A stretch of 64,000 bases of DNA from Octopus vulgaris. Its lineage: Eukaryota. The notes below the pieces were generated by a model. The model was not told the origin of the DNA, did no database searches, and saw only the letters and a list, made by a program, of their open reading frames with translations. Shown here piece by piece: positions 25,308-36,601 of the stretch (position 1 is the first letter of the stretch; each line of letters begins with the position of its first letter). The stretch spans positions 9,486,001-9,550,000 of the forward strand of contig OX597822.1 of the NCBI GenBank assembly GCA_951406725.2. The letters run 5' to 3'. The position numbers were made by a program, and so were the translations under genes.

Positions 25308-26415
25308 ATGATGAAGAGTGCCCGTGTTTCACACGAACTTATAACACTGTTTAGCGGCGACACAGATGTAGTCGCTTGGCTGAAGAAAGTGAAGTTGGAG
25401 GCGAAGCTCCATGGTATAGGTGACCTGGCGAGCTTCATGCCGCTGTACTTGGATGGTCCAGCTTTGGCGTTGTATCTAGAGATGGAAGAGACAGACCAAC
25501 TTAACGCGGAGAAAGTGGAAGTCCGGTTGATGGAGGCCTTTGCGGAGGGAATGTTCGAGACATATGCTCGCCTGGGTAGAACGAGATGGACTGGGCAACA
25601 GGTGGACGTGTTTGCCAATGAACTTAGAAGACTGGCTAAACTGGGGGGTTACGAGGGAGAGTCGCTGGACCGGACGGTTAGGCTGACGTTCGTGACTGGC
25701 TTTCCCAACAACATGTTGGTCGAGCTACAGAAGCTTCCGAATGTGAATTCGATGCCGATGGCGGACATCATATCTCGGGCACGTGTACTAGTCTCGTGCA
25801 GCAGGATGACTTGGTAGCAGCGACTGCAACGTCGAAAAGTGGTCCAGCTAGGAGCAGCGGAGAGGGGCTAAAGAAAGAACATGTGCGACCATTCAAAGGA
25901 CAGTGTTTCTGGTGCCAAGGTCCACACATGGTGTGTGACTGCGTGTCACCCAGGCCTGAGGTGATTTGCTACTGGTGTCGAGAGCCGGGGCATATAGCCA
26001 GCGAGTGTCTGCGGGAGACTACTGCGCTGGTAGTTGTCTCTTTGGATCAGTAGAGGCGCGTTTATCATCACTACCTGTGGTTGACATTCTGGTGGAGGGG
26101 AAGATGTCGTGAGCCCTTGTGGACACGGGCTGTACAACGACCCTGATGACTACAGAAGTGGCAGAGACGGGGAGTGGAGGAAGCAGTGTTAGGGCTGTCA
26201 ACGGAAGAGAAGTACACTGCAAAGGGGTTACAGATGCGCAGATTGTAGTGCAGGGACTACAGCTGACGTTGCAAGCGATTGTGGTTGGTCACTTGGTGGA
26301 CGAGATTGACGTGGTGATGGGGATGGATGCAATCACCCGCTTGGGAAGTGTCACCGTTAACGAGGCTGGTGTAACGTTTGGGTTAGCGGGGAAACCGTGT
26401 AGGGCGAGACCATGA
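25308..26415 (+). pseudogene. Ty3/Gypsy gag (two CCHC-type knuckles) and aspartic protease, truncated before RT
   Basis: FSGDTDVVAWLKK gag motif; CFWCQGPHMVCDC and CYWCREPGHIASEC; ALVDTGCTTTL protease motif; frameshifted. Confidence 0.85.
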
Positions 26416-26770
26416 CTGATTTACAGGATGCATCGTGAAGAATTCCTGATGATATAAAAAAGTTTTATTTTACTAAATTTCATTTGTGATTGCACAAAAA
26501 TAAGTAAAATGTGCTCCTTGACCTTCAATTCTTCCTGTCCACTCCATTGTTTCTTTACATCCAGCAAGTAAAATGTTTCAATATAGCAGCTAACAAGTGA
26601 AGTGAGAATGTAGGTCTATAAAATGTAGGACATAGCACCAAAGATGTGGCTTTAAGAGTTGATGTTGATCCCAACACAGTCTATGTCATGAAATACTAGT
26701 GAGAGGGGTTCAACTAACAGCAAGCCCATTCCTGGTCAAAAACAATTTGTAAGGATGAAACAATTGGTGG

Positions 26771-26975
26771 ATGTCATTCAAAAGAGTCTACCTCCACACC
26801 AGATTAGGCATAAAGAGAACACAAAATTCAAGCAAACAGATATTCAACTACTATGCTTCCATCAATCCCATACTGCTAAATAAGGCACTAATCCTTGTTA
26901 GGAAAATCTTTTGCATTACAATGGAAGAAATAGATATTGTAATAGAAGCTGGAAAAACAATTAAAGAATATGAAG
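26771..26975 (+). mobile_element. Penelope-like RT fragment
   Basis: IFNYYASINPILLNKALILVRKIFCITMEEIDIVIEAGKT resembles the PLE RT motif FDIxxFYPSI..LL..AL. Confidence 0.45.
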
Positions 26976-27606
26976 AAATATATATTGAATATTCTGCTGG
27001 ATAATAGGTCATGTTCCTCTAGTTTTCTGTTTGCACTGCCTCCATTCAAGTTAGTTCTAAAACTAGACCCATGAGTACAATTCTTATCTCTTGATTTGTG
27101 TTAAACACACCACTCATTCTGATTTGTACTAAATACACTGGAATCTCCCGCACACACATAGATATAGCCACGCATTTCCAAATATATAGACAAGTTTTTC
27201 AACAGTGCATTCACTATTATAGATTAAGTCATCAATAACTGACGAACGGTGTATAATACTGTCCCACTGAATATGGCCAATAATATTCTAAAACGCCACT
27301 GGGTAGAAAACGAAATCACTGCACTGATAAACGCTTGGTACACTCACCACAATGAAGCTAATGTTTACAGTAAAATAGCTGAAAAATTAGTGTCAGAATC
27401 TTTTTACAGATCTGTAAAACAGATCGAAAACAAAATAAAAATCACAAGATCATTTCATAATTTACACATGCACATGGCAACACTAGAAGCTATACTTGTC
27501 AATGGATGTAGTGCACCAACTGACCCAAGTCCAATAGGTCAGGGGTCACTTCAACTAGCCAGCAACAAACATATCCCTATCTGACCTGATTCCACCCAAC
27601 ACTGCT

Positions 27607-28956
27607 ATGGCAAGCCAGGACTCACTACCACAACAACAGCCAGCTACTGCATTGGAAGCACCTTGTTTGGCACCACTATCTGACCTGATTCCACCCAGCC
27701 CTACTATTGCAGGTCAAGATTCACTGCCACTACAGCAACAAAAACAGTCTGCTACTGATACTACAATAGGACCACTGACCACTGAGCCTGAGAGTATAGA
27801 AAAACGTCTACTGTGCCCATGTCAAAAATCCTGTCATTACCAGTCTCAAGGCAACTGTAGATTTGGCCCCAGCAGCACCAACAACACGGGATGCTGTGCT
27901 TTTTTCCATCCTACCTTATGCCATAGACTTGTTAAGGGCACCTGTCCATATGGTATAACAGAAAAAAACTGCCCTCATCTCCACCCCAAATACTGTCCTA
28001 AATACAGAGTCCATGGCCCTGATCCTAAATATGGATGCACAAAAGGCAAGGGAAGCACCTTCTTCCATCCTAAACTGTGCCAAACTTCTGTGTCACTAAG
28101 GATGTGCCTGAACCCAGAATGCAACCACCACCATCTGAAGGGCACAAAACGATCACAGAATAAATATAAACAGGAACAGAGGAAATCTAGGACAACAACA
28201 AAAACAAAATACAACCACGTTTCCCCTCCTACAATCAAACAACGTAGACAGAACCATGAAAAAACACCAAATAACGCCAACATGAAATATGTATCCTCTG
28301 ACCAAGTGACAAACCAAACAAGTAACTCTTTTTTACTGACATACCTAGAAAATATGAAGGCCGGCCTAAGCCAGGAGATCCAGCGAGCTATCACCAACGG
28401 TCAGCGAAAAAACGAATACCAGTTGAATTCTAATTCGAAAATAATAGAATTCATACACTTCAATGAATGTACAGTAATTTACCATCCTAAAGAGGTTCAA
28501 TCGTGTTCTAGAAAAGAATGGAACACATTCAACCATTTCCATATTATATGGAATTCAATCATCAGACCTGGCGAGAATCAGCGCCTGAAATACATACGAA
28601 GCTTATATAAGAAAGCTACCAATTTAGATCGATTCATACCTGAGTGCCAAAGAGTAAAATTTCCTAGTAGCATGGCAAACTATTTCTGCCAAGAACCGAG
28701 AAAAGTATTAATTGCAGGCACAGACGACATAAATAAAACATTTACTGAATGGTGTCAATGTGAATATATACCAAAACCTACACAAACTGAGATCGCAACT
28801 ACATCGAAGCAAGTCGTCAACGACGAGCCATCCTTCAAAAGTAGAATTGGAACGACTCTAACTTTATTCAATTACCTTACTTACATTTTCACTAGTAAGA
28901 GATTTCGTAACGAACAAGAAATGAAATCTCACTGGCTGAACAGAGGTAACAGGTAA
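27607..28956 (+). CDS. Chimeric ORF: LINE ORF1 CCCH fingers fused in frame to the parvoviral NS1 HUH domain
   Basis: 449-aa open frame crossing the insertion junction at 28398/28399; CCCH array at ~27830-28135; HFHII (HUH) at 28534; expression unknown. Confidence 0.65.
   Translation: MASQDSLPQQQPATALEAPCLAPLSDLIPPSPTIAGQDSLPLQQQKQSATDTTIGPLTTEPESIEKRLLCPCQKSCHYQSQGNCRFGPSSTNNTGCCAFFHPTLCHRLVKGTCPYGITEKNCPHLHPKYCPKYRVHGPDPKYGCTKGKGSTFFHPKLCQTSVSLRMCLNPECNHHHLKGTKRSQNKYKQEQRKSRTTTKTKYNHVSPPTIKQRRQNHEKTPNNANMKYVSSDQVTNQTSNSFLLTYLENMKAGLSQEIQRAITNGQRKNEYQLNSNSKIIEFIHFNECTVIYHPKEVQSCSRKEWNTFNHFHIIWNSIIRPGENQRLKYIRSLYKKATNLDRFIPECQRVKFPSSMANYFCQEPRKVLIAGTDDINKTFTEWCQCEYIPKPTQTEIATTSKQVVNDEPSFKSRIGTTLTLFNYLTYIFTSKRFRNEQEMKSHWLNRGNR
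28332..28398 (+). repeat. Left copy of the 67-bp direct repeat flanking the viral insert
   Basis: tttactgacatacctagaaaatatgaagg...atcaccaac; 62/67 identical to 30012-30078. Confidence 0.9.
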
Positions 28957-30011
28957 CAATGACAATTTCATGAGGGCGATTAGTCACCCTATGTATGATG
29001 CAGTTATGAAAAAAGTTCTGGAGTGCGTGAAATTAAAAATATTAATAACACCATTCATTAAAAAATTTGAAGATATGAACTGGAGTTACTTCGAGAACGA
29101 TACTCGTCACTATCTAACAAAAGAGGTTTCTCTGAAAATATTCCACTCCATCTTAATGACACAGGAAATTGACGAAAGTACCTTCGTTAACAACGTTTGG
29201 TATTTATTGAACAAGAAACTACCAAAATGTAATCTCCTTGTGTTAAGGGGTTTGCCAAATACTGGCAAATCAATGGTTGCTCGAAGTATTGCTGAGCTGT
29301 TCACTCACGTCAGCACGATCCAGGGGACAAGTAGTTTCCCATTCCAAAATTTGCTTAATGTAGAAATAGGTTTAATCGAAGAACCGAATTTCACTTTAGA
29401 AACCCTTCAGACTTTCAAGAAGCTTGCTGAAGGGACTGACACTGAAGTGTCTGTCAAATATAAACCAGACCAAATTGTTCACAGAACACCATTGATAATT
29501 ACATCAAACAAATTCGACAGCAACGCGCCTTTACACGAAAGACATGCTTTCATAACAAGATACCCAGAGTATCTATTCAATAAATCTTCTCCCTTCCTTC
29601 AATATGTAAAGAAAAAGATTAATCCTATTATATGGAATGTTTTATTTTATGAACATTGTTTTTCTTCTCTAATTACTGACGATGGTTCCTCATCAGATGA
29701 CAATTTATGTCACATTCTAGAAGAGTACGAAATTCTCACAAACAGAGACGCCGACAAAGAAAACAGAAGACCAAGTGGATTTCGGACTCTATCTAATAGT
29801 GGAAGCGGGTCAACCGTTAGAGTGTTCTCCGAAACAGACGAAGAAGAACAACTCCCAGAAAGAAAAAGAAAGTTCAGAAAACTGACGTACAAACCAAACT
29901 ACGAATCTGATAGTGAACTATCAGATACAGAACTGTAATTCTTTTTCATTTTTCATTTTCAATTATATAATTTGTAATCTGTAATATTAAATAAAAATGT
30001 TAAAAAAAAAA
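28399..30011 (+). other. NS1: Endogenous parvoviral element: NS1/Rep (HUH endonuclease + SF3 helicase)
   Basis: HUH NHFHII; Walker A GLPNTGKS (29249-29272); Walker B IGLIEE; B' FKKLAEG...VSVKYK; motif C PLIITSN; acidic C-terminus; AATAAA at 29990 and A10 at 30002-30011. Confidence 0.85.
28970..29938 (+). CDS. NS1: SF3 helicase half of parvoviral NS1 (322 aa, open)
   Basis: All SF3 motifs intact; joins the upstream HUH half if the aggtaac duplication (28944-28957) is collapsed. Confidence 0.8.
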   Translation: MRAISHPMYDAVMKKVLECVKLKILITPFIKKFEDMNWSYFENDTRHYLTKEVSLKIFHSILMTQEIDESTFVNNVWYLLNKKLPKCNLLVLRGLPNTGKSMVARSIAELFTHVSTIQGTSSFPFQNLLNVEIGLIEEPNFTLETLQTFKKLAEGTDTEVSVKYKPDQIVHRTPLIITSNKFDSNAPLHERHAFITRYPEYLFNKSSPFLQYVKKKINPIIWNVLFYEHCFSSLITDDGSSSDDNLCHILEEYEILTNRDADKENRRPSGFRTLSNSGSGSTVRVFSETDEEEQLPERKRKFRKLTYKPNYESDSELSDTEL

Positions 30012-30078
30012 TTTACTGACATACCTGGAAAATATGAAGGCCGACCTAAGCGAGGAGATCCAGCGAGCGATCATCAAC
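30012..30078 (+). repeat. Right copy of the 67-bp direct repeat; LINE ORF1 resumes
   Basis: Reads LLTYLENMKADLSEEIQRAIINHLCKSQ versus the left copy LLTYLENMKAGLSQEIQRAITN. Confidence 0.9.
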
Positions 30079-30335
30079 CATCTATGCAAATCACAAGGAC
30101 CACTCACCCATTACCAACTTCCCTTACCTCGACATTCCTGTTAAATGTACGTGGCATCAACCCATCAATCATTGCCCAAAAATGGAAGATTCCCATATAT
30201 AGAGAGAGAGAGAGTCAGCTTGCTGAAACGGCACATTGCTTCCCTTTCTTTATTCCTACAGAAACTCACCTAAACAGCACACATATGGATGCCGAAGTGA
30301 AAATAAAAGACTTCACCAGCATCCATGCAGATCAC

Positions 30336-30545
30336 ACAGACCAAATTAAAGGAGGGACAGACCAAATTAAAGGAGGGACAGACCAAATTAAAGGAGGGAC
30401 AGACCAAATTAAAGGAGGGACAGACCAAATTAAAGGAGGGACAGACCAAATTAAAGGAGGGACAGACCAAATTAAAGGAGGGACAGACCAAATTAAAGGA
30501 GGGACAGACCAAATTAAAGGAGGGACAGACCAAATTAAAGGAGGG
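30336..30545 (+). repeat. Perfect 21-bp minisatellite x10 in the LINE endonuclease
   Basis: (acagaccaaattaaaggaggg)10, encoding (TDQIKGG)10 in frame. Confidence 0.95.
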
Positions 30546-33015
30546 ACAGCCATCTTTCTCCATGACTCCTTTTCAGTCAATGCCAAGGACATATTTTCCA
30601 ATGGCTTTTGTGAATCTAAAGACATAATCATTGTCGGTCTTTACAGGCCTCCCCAAGCACCTCTGAAGTGCTTTGACGAGTGCCTCAACAAAATCAAGTC
30701 CTTCCTTCAAAAATACAACTCCAGGAACATACAAATGATGGGCGATTTTAACCTCCCTCATATAAACTGGCCCACAAATACTCTGAAGTTAGGCAAATGC
30801 TCTACATCAGATAAAGCAGCACCAGAATTACTCTTTAATCTAATGAATAAATTCTTCCTGACTCAGCTAGTGCTCGAACCAACAAGACAGAAGAAAACGA
30901 TCTTGGATCTAATATCAACCAACCATTCTAGCTCCATTCACAGTATTTCAGTTGAAAAAAACTCTCCTCTCAGACCACGACATGATACTCTGCAATTTTA
31001 ATTCCCAGCAAATCAAAATCAAACCACCCAATCTCATCCATGGCACTCATTTGACAACAAACTTTCACAAAGCGAACTGGGCAGCAATCAGAAAGGATCT
31101 GTCTTTCATTGACTGGTCTTTCACTCTCAGTTCCACCCAAATTGAGACCGCATGGCAGCACTTTGAGAACATTGTCACCTATACATGCTCTAAACAAGCT
31201 CCTACGAAATCCACTAACATAAACCGGCTCCCTAAAGAGAAAAAAAAAACACTCATCAGGCGCATCAAAAGACTCAATAAAAAAATCAACTAATTAAAAT
31301 ATTCCCACATACAACAACAATGAAAAGGCTGGAGTTGGAAAAACTTCATCTGCAGACCAACATGAAAACTTCCATTGAAAATCAAAGAGCTGCTGAGGAA
31401 CAGTGAGTAATCAAAATCATCAAACAGTAGTGTTCTATTATTATGCAAATAAACATAGAACCACTATCTCACCAACTGGGCCATTGATCGATGATAACAG
31501 CATTCTCCAACACGATGCTAAAGAAATGGCAGAAATAATACTGCTCTGTCTTTAGTGATCCCACTGATATTGATGTAAGAGAAGCGAACGAAGTTGATTC
31601 CCAACATAAAATCTCAGACATAACCTTCACTGCCTCTGGCATCGTAGCAACAATAAATAAGGTCAAATACTACTCTGCTGTAGGCCCTGATAGATTCCCC
31701 GCTAGTCTCCTGAAGGAATGTAGACATCTACTTGCAGTCCCTCTGATCAACATCTGGAGAAATTCTTTAGACACCGGTTATATACCGAAACAGCTCCTAT
31801 CCCAGTCTGTCATCCCAGTTTTCAAACAGAGAAACAGATCCCTCGCAGTCAACTATCGCCCAATCTCACTCACCTACCACATCATTAAAGTGTTTGAAAG
31901 CGTGGTAAGATCAAGGATAGCTGACTTCCTGGAGACCCACAAACTCCTAAATGCAGATCAGCATGGCTTTCGCTGTGGCAGGGACTGTCTAACACAGCTC
32001 TTACACCACATTGAAGATACACTTAAGGCCTTGGGAACAGGTTCGAACTCTGATGTCATATATCTTGACTTCAGTAAAGCATGCAACAGGGTTGACCATA
32101 ATATCCTACTCTCAAACTAGGCAAATGTTGGAATCCATGGAAAACTTCTACACTGGATTAAATATTTTTCTGGCGAATAGAACACATGTTGTGGTCGATG
32201 AAGTCCACTCAGGCCCAGCAAAAGTCACCAGCGGTGTCCCTCAGGGGACTGTCTTGGGCTCACTCCTCTTTATAATTTACATAAATGACCTTTTCAGTGT
32301 CGTAAATCACTGCAAAGTGAAAATATTTGCTGATGACACTAAGCTCCAGCAAATCATTAATGAAGAAGAAGACCAAATTCAACTCCAGTGAGGTCTATAT
32401 GAACGCGGGAAAATTTGAGCAGATGCATTTTGGAAGAAAGTCTATACTAAAACAGCCATACTCTCTTCCTTCAGGGCAACTGCTCACAAAATCTAATAAT
32501 ATTAGAGACCTGGGTGTAATTGCAGATAACAATCCCAGTTGGAGTGCCCATATCAACAATAAGGTCGATATAGCTCGTAAGATGAGCTCCTGGTTCTTAA
32601 GAACCTTCCGGTCCAGAGAACAAGGTGTCATCATTCCACTTTTCTCCTCCTTTGTACAGCCACACCTCGAATATTGCTGCCCCTTGTGGTCTCCCCATAC
32701 AAAACAAAACATCTCGAAAACTGAATCACCCCAGAGGGCACTCACTAAACGAATTGAAGGCATGGCTGCTCTCGATTATTGGGACCACCTTAAAGCCTTG
32801 AAATTCTACTTTCCCCAGCGTCGCCGTAAGCGGTACATCATTTGTACGATGTGGAGAATATATCGCCAACTTTGCCCAAATGACCTGAACATTAGCTTCA
32901 AGGTTCATCCGAGTTGGGACCACGGGCCATACGTCCCCTGCCCAATTTAGGATCAGAGCATACGTGTACACTGCGACACAATTTCTTTTCTTCAACAAAC
33001 CCTGCCCTGTTTAAC

Positions 33016-35610
33016 ATCTCATTGACTATGTCATTGTACGTCGTTCTGATCGACAAGATATAAGTCTTACATGCTCTTACAGTATAGGGAAATGTTGGTT
33101 AGATCACAAATTGATCTGCTCCACAATCAAGATGAAAACCAAACGCCTTGTTTGAAATCAACGTAGTTCTCCCATCAAGGAAATTGATGTGGACAAGTTG
33201 AAGGTTAAGGAGATCTTGCAGTTGTTTCAAACGGTTGCTGATGAAAAGCTGTCCTCCATTATATGTGGGAATGACATTGAGGCATCTTGGTCAGAGTTTA
33301 AAACTGCAGTGTATGACTCTGCCAAAGAGTCATTAGGATATGTTCGAAGGAAGAACCAAGATTGGTTTGATGAAAATGATCCAACCATCCTCCCTTTGCT
33401 CAGAAACATGCATCATGTGTGGATTACTGACAAAAATTCCTCAGTTGGCACAATCTCGGCTCTGGAAAATGAAACAAAACTGGTGGAAATTGAAAGCCCA
33501 GGCCTTACAAGATGCAGCGGATAAGTGCCATTTTAAATCTTTCTACCAAAATCTCAAAGGTGTCTTTGGTCCCATCTCAAAGAGGGCATCTCCAATATTT
33601 TTGTCAGATGGCACTCTCCTTACCGATAAGAAAGAGATTACTAAGTGCTGGGCTGAACATTTTTCAAATGTTTTAAACAGAGAATCGACAGTGGATCAGG
33701 AAGTGATTGATAATATTCCTCAGAAGCCAACCATCGAGAATCTTGCTGACAGTCCACCCATGTCGGAGGTTGAAAAGGCTATAAAGCAATTGCCAAATGG
33801 TAAGGCTCCATGTGATGATGGGATACCTGCAGAAATATACAAATGTGGAAGCCAACTGCTAATCAGGAAACTAAGTGCTCTGTTTTCTTCAATATGGGAA
33901 CTTGGTACCGTGCCACAACAGTTAAAAGATGATTCAATTATTCACCTATTTAAGCACAAAGGAAATAAATGTGAGTGTGATAACGATAGAGGAATTTCTC
34001 TCTCATCTGTTGCTGGTAAGATTCTAGCGCATGTAATCTTAAACAGACTCAATGATTCAATTTGTAAAACTGTGCTCCCAGAAACCCAATGTGGTTTCCG
34101 GTCTGGAAGAGGCACTGTGGATATGATCTTCAGCTTAGGGCAACTACAATAGAAAGCAAGGGAACAGAATAAGGACTTGTTTGTTACCTTTGTTGATCTC
34201 ACTAAGGCATTTGATACCGTCTCCAGGGATGCCCTGCGGACTGTTTTGAGGAAGCTTGGTGTTCTAGACAACATGTTAATGTGATTGTCTCCTTTCATTA
34301 TGGAATGATGGCATCAGTACGGTCTGACTGCGAACAAAGTGAACCATTTGAAGAGTCAAATGGAACCAAGCAATGATGTGTCCTTGCTCCGATCTTATTT
34401 GCTCTTTTCTTTTCAGTGATGCTTGAAACAGCCTTCAAAGACACCTCGGAAGGTGTAGGTGTTGAGTATCGATCAAGCAGAGGGTTATTTAACCAGCAGC
34501 GGTTCAAAGCCAAAACCCGGACTTTTGTGCAAACTGTTCTTGATCTCCTTTTTGCTGATGACTGTGCTCTTGTCACCCATAGTCTTGAGGACATGCAGAA
34601 CATCCTCAATAGCTTCTCTGATGCATGTAAGGCCTTTGGTCTTACAATTAGCATAACGAAAACTGAACTTATTCACCAGCTGAAACCAAACTCTTTGCCC
34701 TCTTCACAACAAGTGGTATATGTTGATGGTAAAGCTTTGAAAACAGCATCTTCTTTTACATACTCTATTGTGTCTGATGATGCAAAATTTGAAAAAGATA
34801 TCCAAAACAGAATCAGTAAAGCAAGTGAAGCATTTGGTAGGTTGCGACACAGACTCTGGAACAGCCACGATGTGTCTCTGAAAGTAAAAGTAGCAGTCTA
34901 CAAATCTGTTGTTCTATCTACTCTTCTGTATGGTGCCAAAACGTGGACCTTGTATCGCAAGCATATCAATCAGCTTGATTCCTTCCATATGAGATGTCTG
35001 CATTCTATTTGCAATGTTAAATGGCAAGATTGTGTTCGAAATAGTGAGTTGCTGGAGAGGTGTGAGATCACTGGTATTGAAACATTTTTGATTAAGATAC
35101 AAATGCGGTGGTCTGGTTATCTCGTAAGAATGGATGACTCAAGAGTTCCAAAGCAGCTTTTTTATGGGCAATTGACAAATTCTTCCGTCCAACAGGGCAT
35201 CTTCTTCGTTACAAGGACAAACTAAAAGACAATCTGAAGCGTTGTGACATTGCTCTGAGCTCCTGGGAGAGTGCAGCAGGGGATCGCAGCAAATGAAGGA
35301 ATGTGTTTTCTAAAGACTAGAGAATTTGAAAGTAACCGCCTTCATCATAGGGAGGCCCTTCGTGCAAATTTGAAAGCAACGCATCAGCAAAATCTACCAA
35401 ACATTGATTGTGTGTGTCACTGTAGGTTGAAAGCACGAAGCAAAGCTGAGTTAGCTGTCCACCCGAGAAGACATTTTGAACCAACGAATACATGCAAATG
35501 TACCATTTGCAAGAAAGTGTGCAAGACATCTGCTGGATTGAAGGTACACATGCAGTGTCACAAGGCTTAGGAATTGTTGAATGCTATTTACTGAACCCTC
35601 ATTCATCGTC
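33016..35610 (+). mobile_element. RTE-clade LINE, 5'-truncated and degenerate, with C-terminal C2H2 fingers
   Basis: LIDYVIV, RKNQDWFDE, GKAPCDDGIPAE, RGISLSS, PETQCGFRSGRGTVDMIF, FVDLTKAFDTV, LLFADD; tail CTICKKVCKTSAGLKVHMQCH. Confidence 0.85.
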
Positions 35611-35989
35611 TTCAATGAGAAAATCCACCGACCCCTCCCCTCCATAACCTACGAGACCTCTTGGTCCACAGCTTCTTCCCTGACCCTACCTCCCAACCTG
35701 GCTCGTTCCCCTGCTCCCGCCCATGTTACCGCACTTACCCTTACCTCTCCAACACCACCCTCCTCACCGGCACCCATCATCGACTCCTTCACCTGCACCA
35801 ATATCATCCATTGCATCTCTGCCATTCCCTGTACATCGGACAAACGGGACACCGCTTGGCATATATATGTATGTGTATATATGCATGTATATGTATATAT
35901 ATGTATATATGTATGTGTATATATGTATATGTATATATGTTTATTACACACATGTGAGTGAGAACATTTTGAGATATTTTTGGTATCTA

Positions 35990-36565
35990 ACATATGTCAG
36001 ATACTGCGAGCGCTGCTTCTGATTGGTCAATCCATGGTGATGACTCGAGGTCACGGTGACGGCACTACTTTTGTCATTCATAAGTTACAACTAAACTTCA
36101 TTCATTACTTTCACGAGCAGGTAGAATGTAGCCATGTAATTAAACAAACATACTATCTTTTTTATACCAGATATCACTTGAAGTCATATACACATAAAAT
36201 ATAAACATTTCTGGTGGTAATTCAATTTTTTGTTGCCAAAAAAAATCACAACATATTTCGTCTGCTCGTCGATACTCTTGCAGTGCAGGTAGATCTATCA
36301 ACAAGATGGCTACTGTTGTCGATATCAAGGTGAATGATTTTGTTAAGATTGATGGTAAAGATGGGGGAAGAGTGTTATCCGTTGTTCAACCTCTTGGAAC
36401 ATACAGAATGTTCAAAGTGAAGATCAATACTGGCCAAGTTCGACATGTTGCTGGATACAGGTTAAAGGTACCTGAAACAGTGTCATCGACAAGTGGATTG
36501 TCATCGAACCCTAGATCTAAAATCCCTGACGAGGTGTACAACGAACTTCTACGTGACGATTTCTT

Positions 36566-36601
<36 letters not shown>

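Larger units (their letters stand above)
27273..33015 (+). mobile_element. CR1/L2-group LINE (Myb/SANT-like + CCCH ORF1; APE-RT ORF2), degenerate, carrying a viral insert
   Basis: ORF1: RHWVENEITALINAW...RSVKQIENKIK plus four CCCH fingers; ORF2: LLNVRGIN, TETHL, GDFNLP, ILDLI, SDH, NYRPISL, QHGFR, SGVPQGTVLG, FADD, HLEYCCPLWSP. Confidence 0.85.

Noticed and set aside
27607-28330. CCCH array as a host antiviral ZAP/PARP or other cellular gene
   Set aside because: It is intronless and collinear with LINE ORF1/ORF2, and related CCCH fingers recur in other LINE copies in the window.
28399-30011. Helitron, CRESS-virus or contaminant origin of the HUH-helicase
   Set aside because: The helicase is SF3 rather than PIF1-type, the domain spacing and motifs fit parvoviral NS1, and host-derived direct repeats flank it. 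A database search is still needed to confirm.
30336-30545. Regular short repeats resembling a CRISPR array
   Set aside because: Head-to-tail identical units with no spacers, no cas genes and a eukaryotic context.
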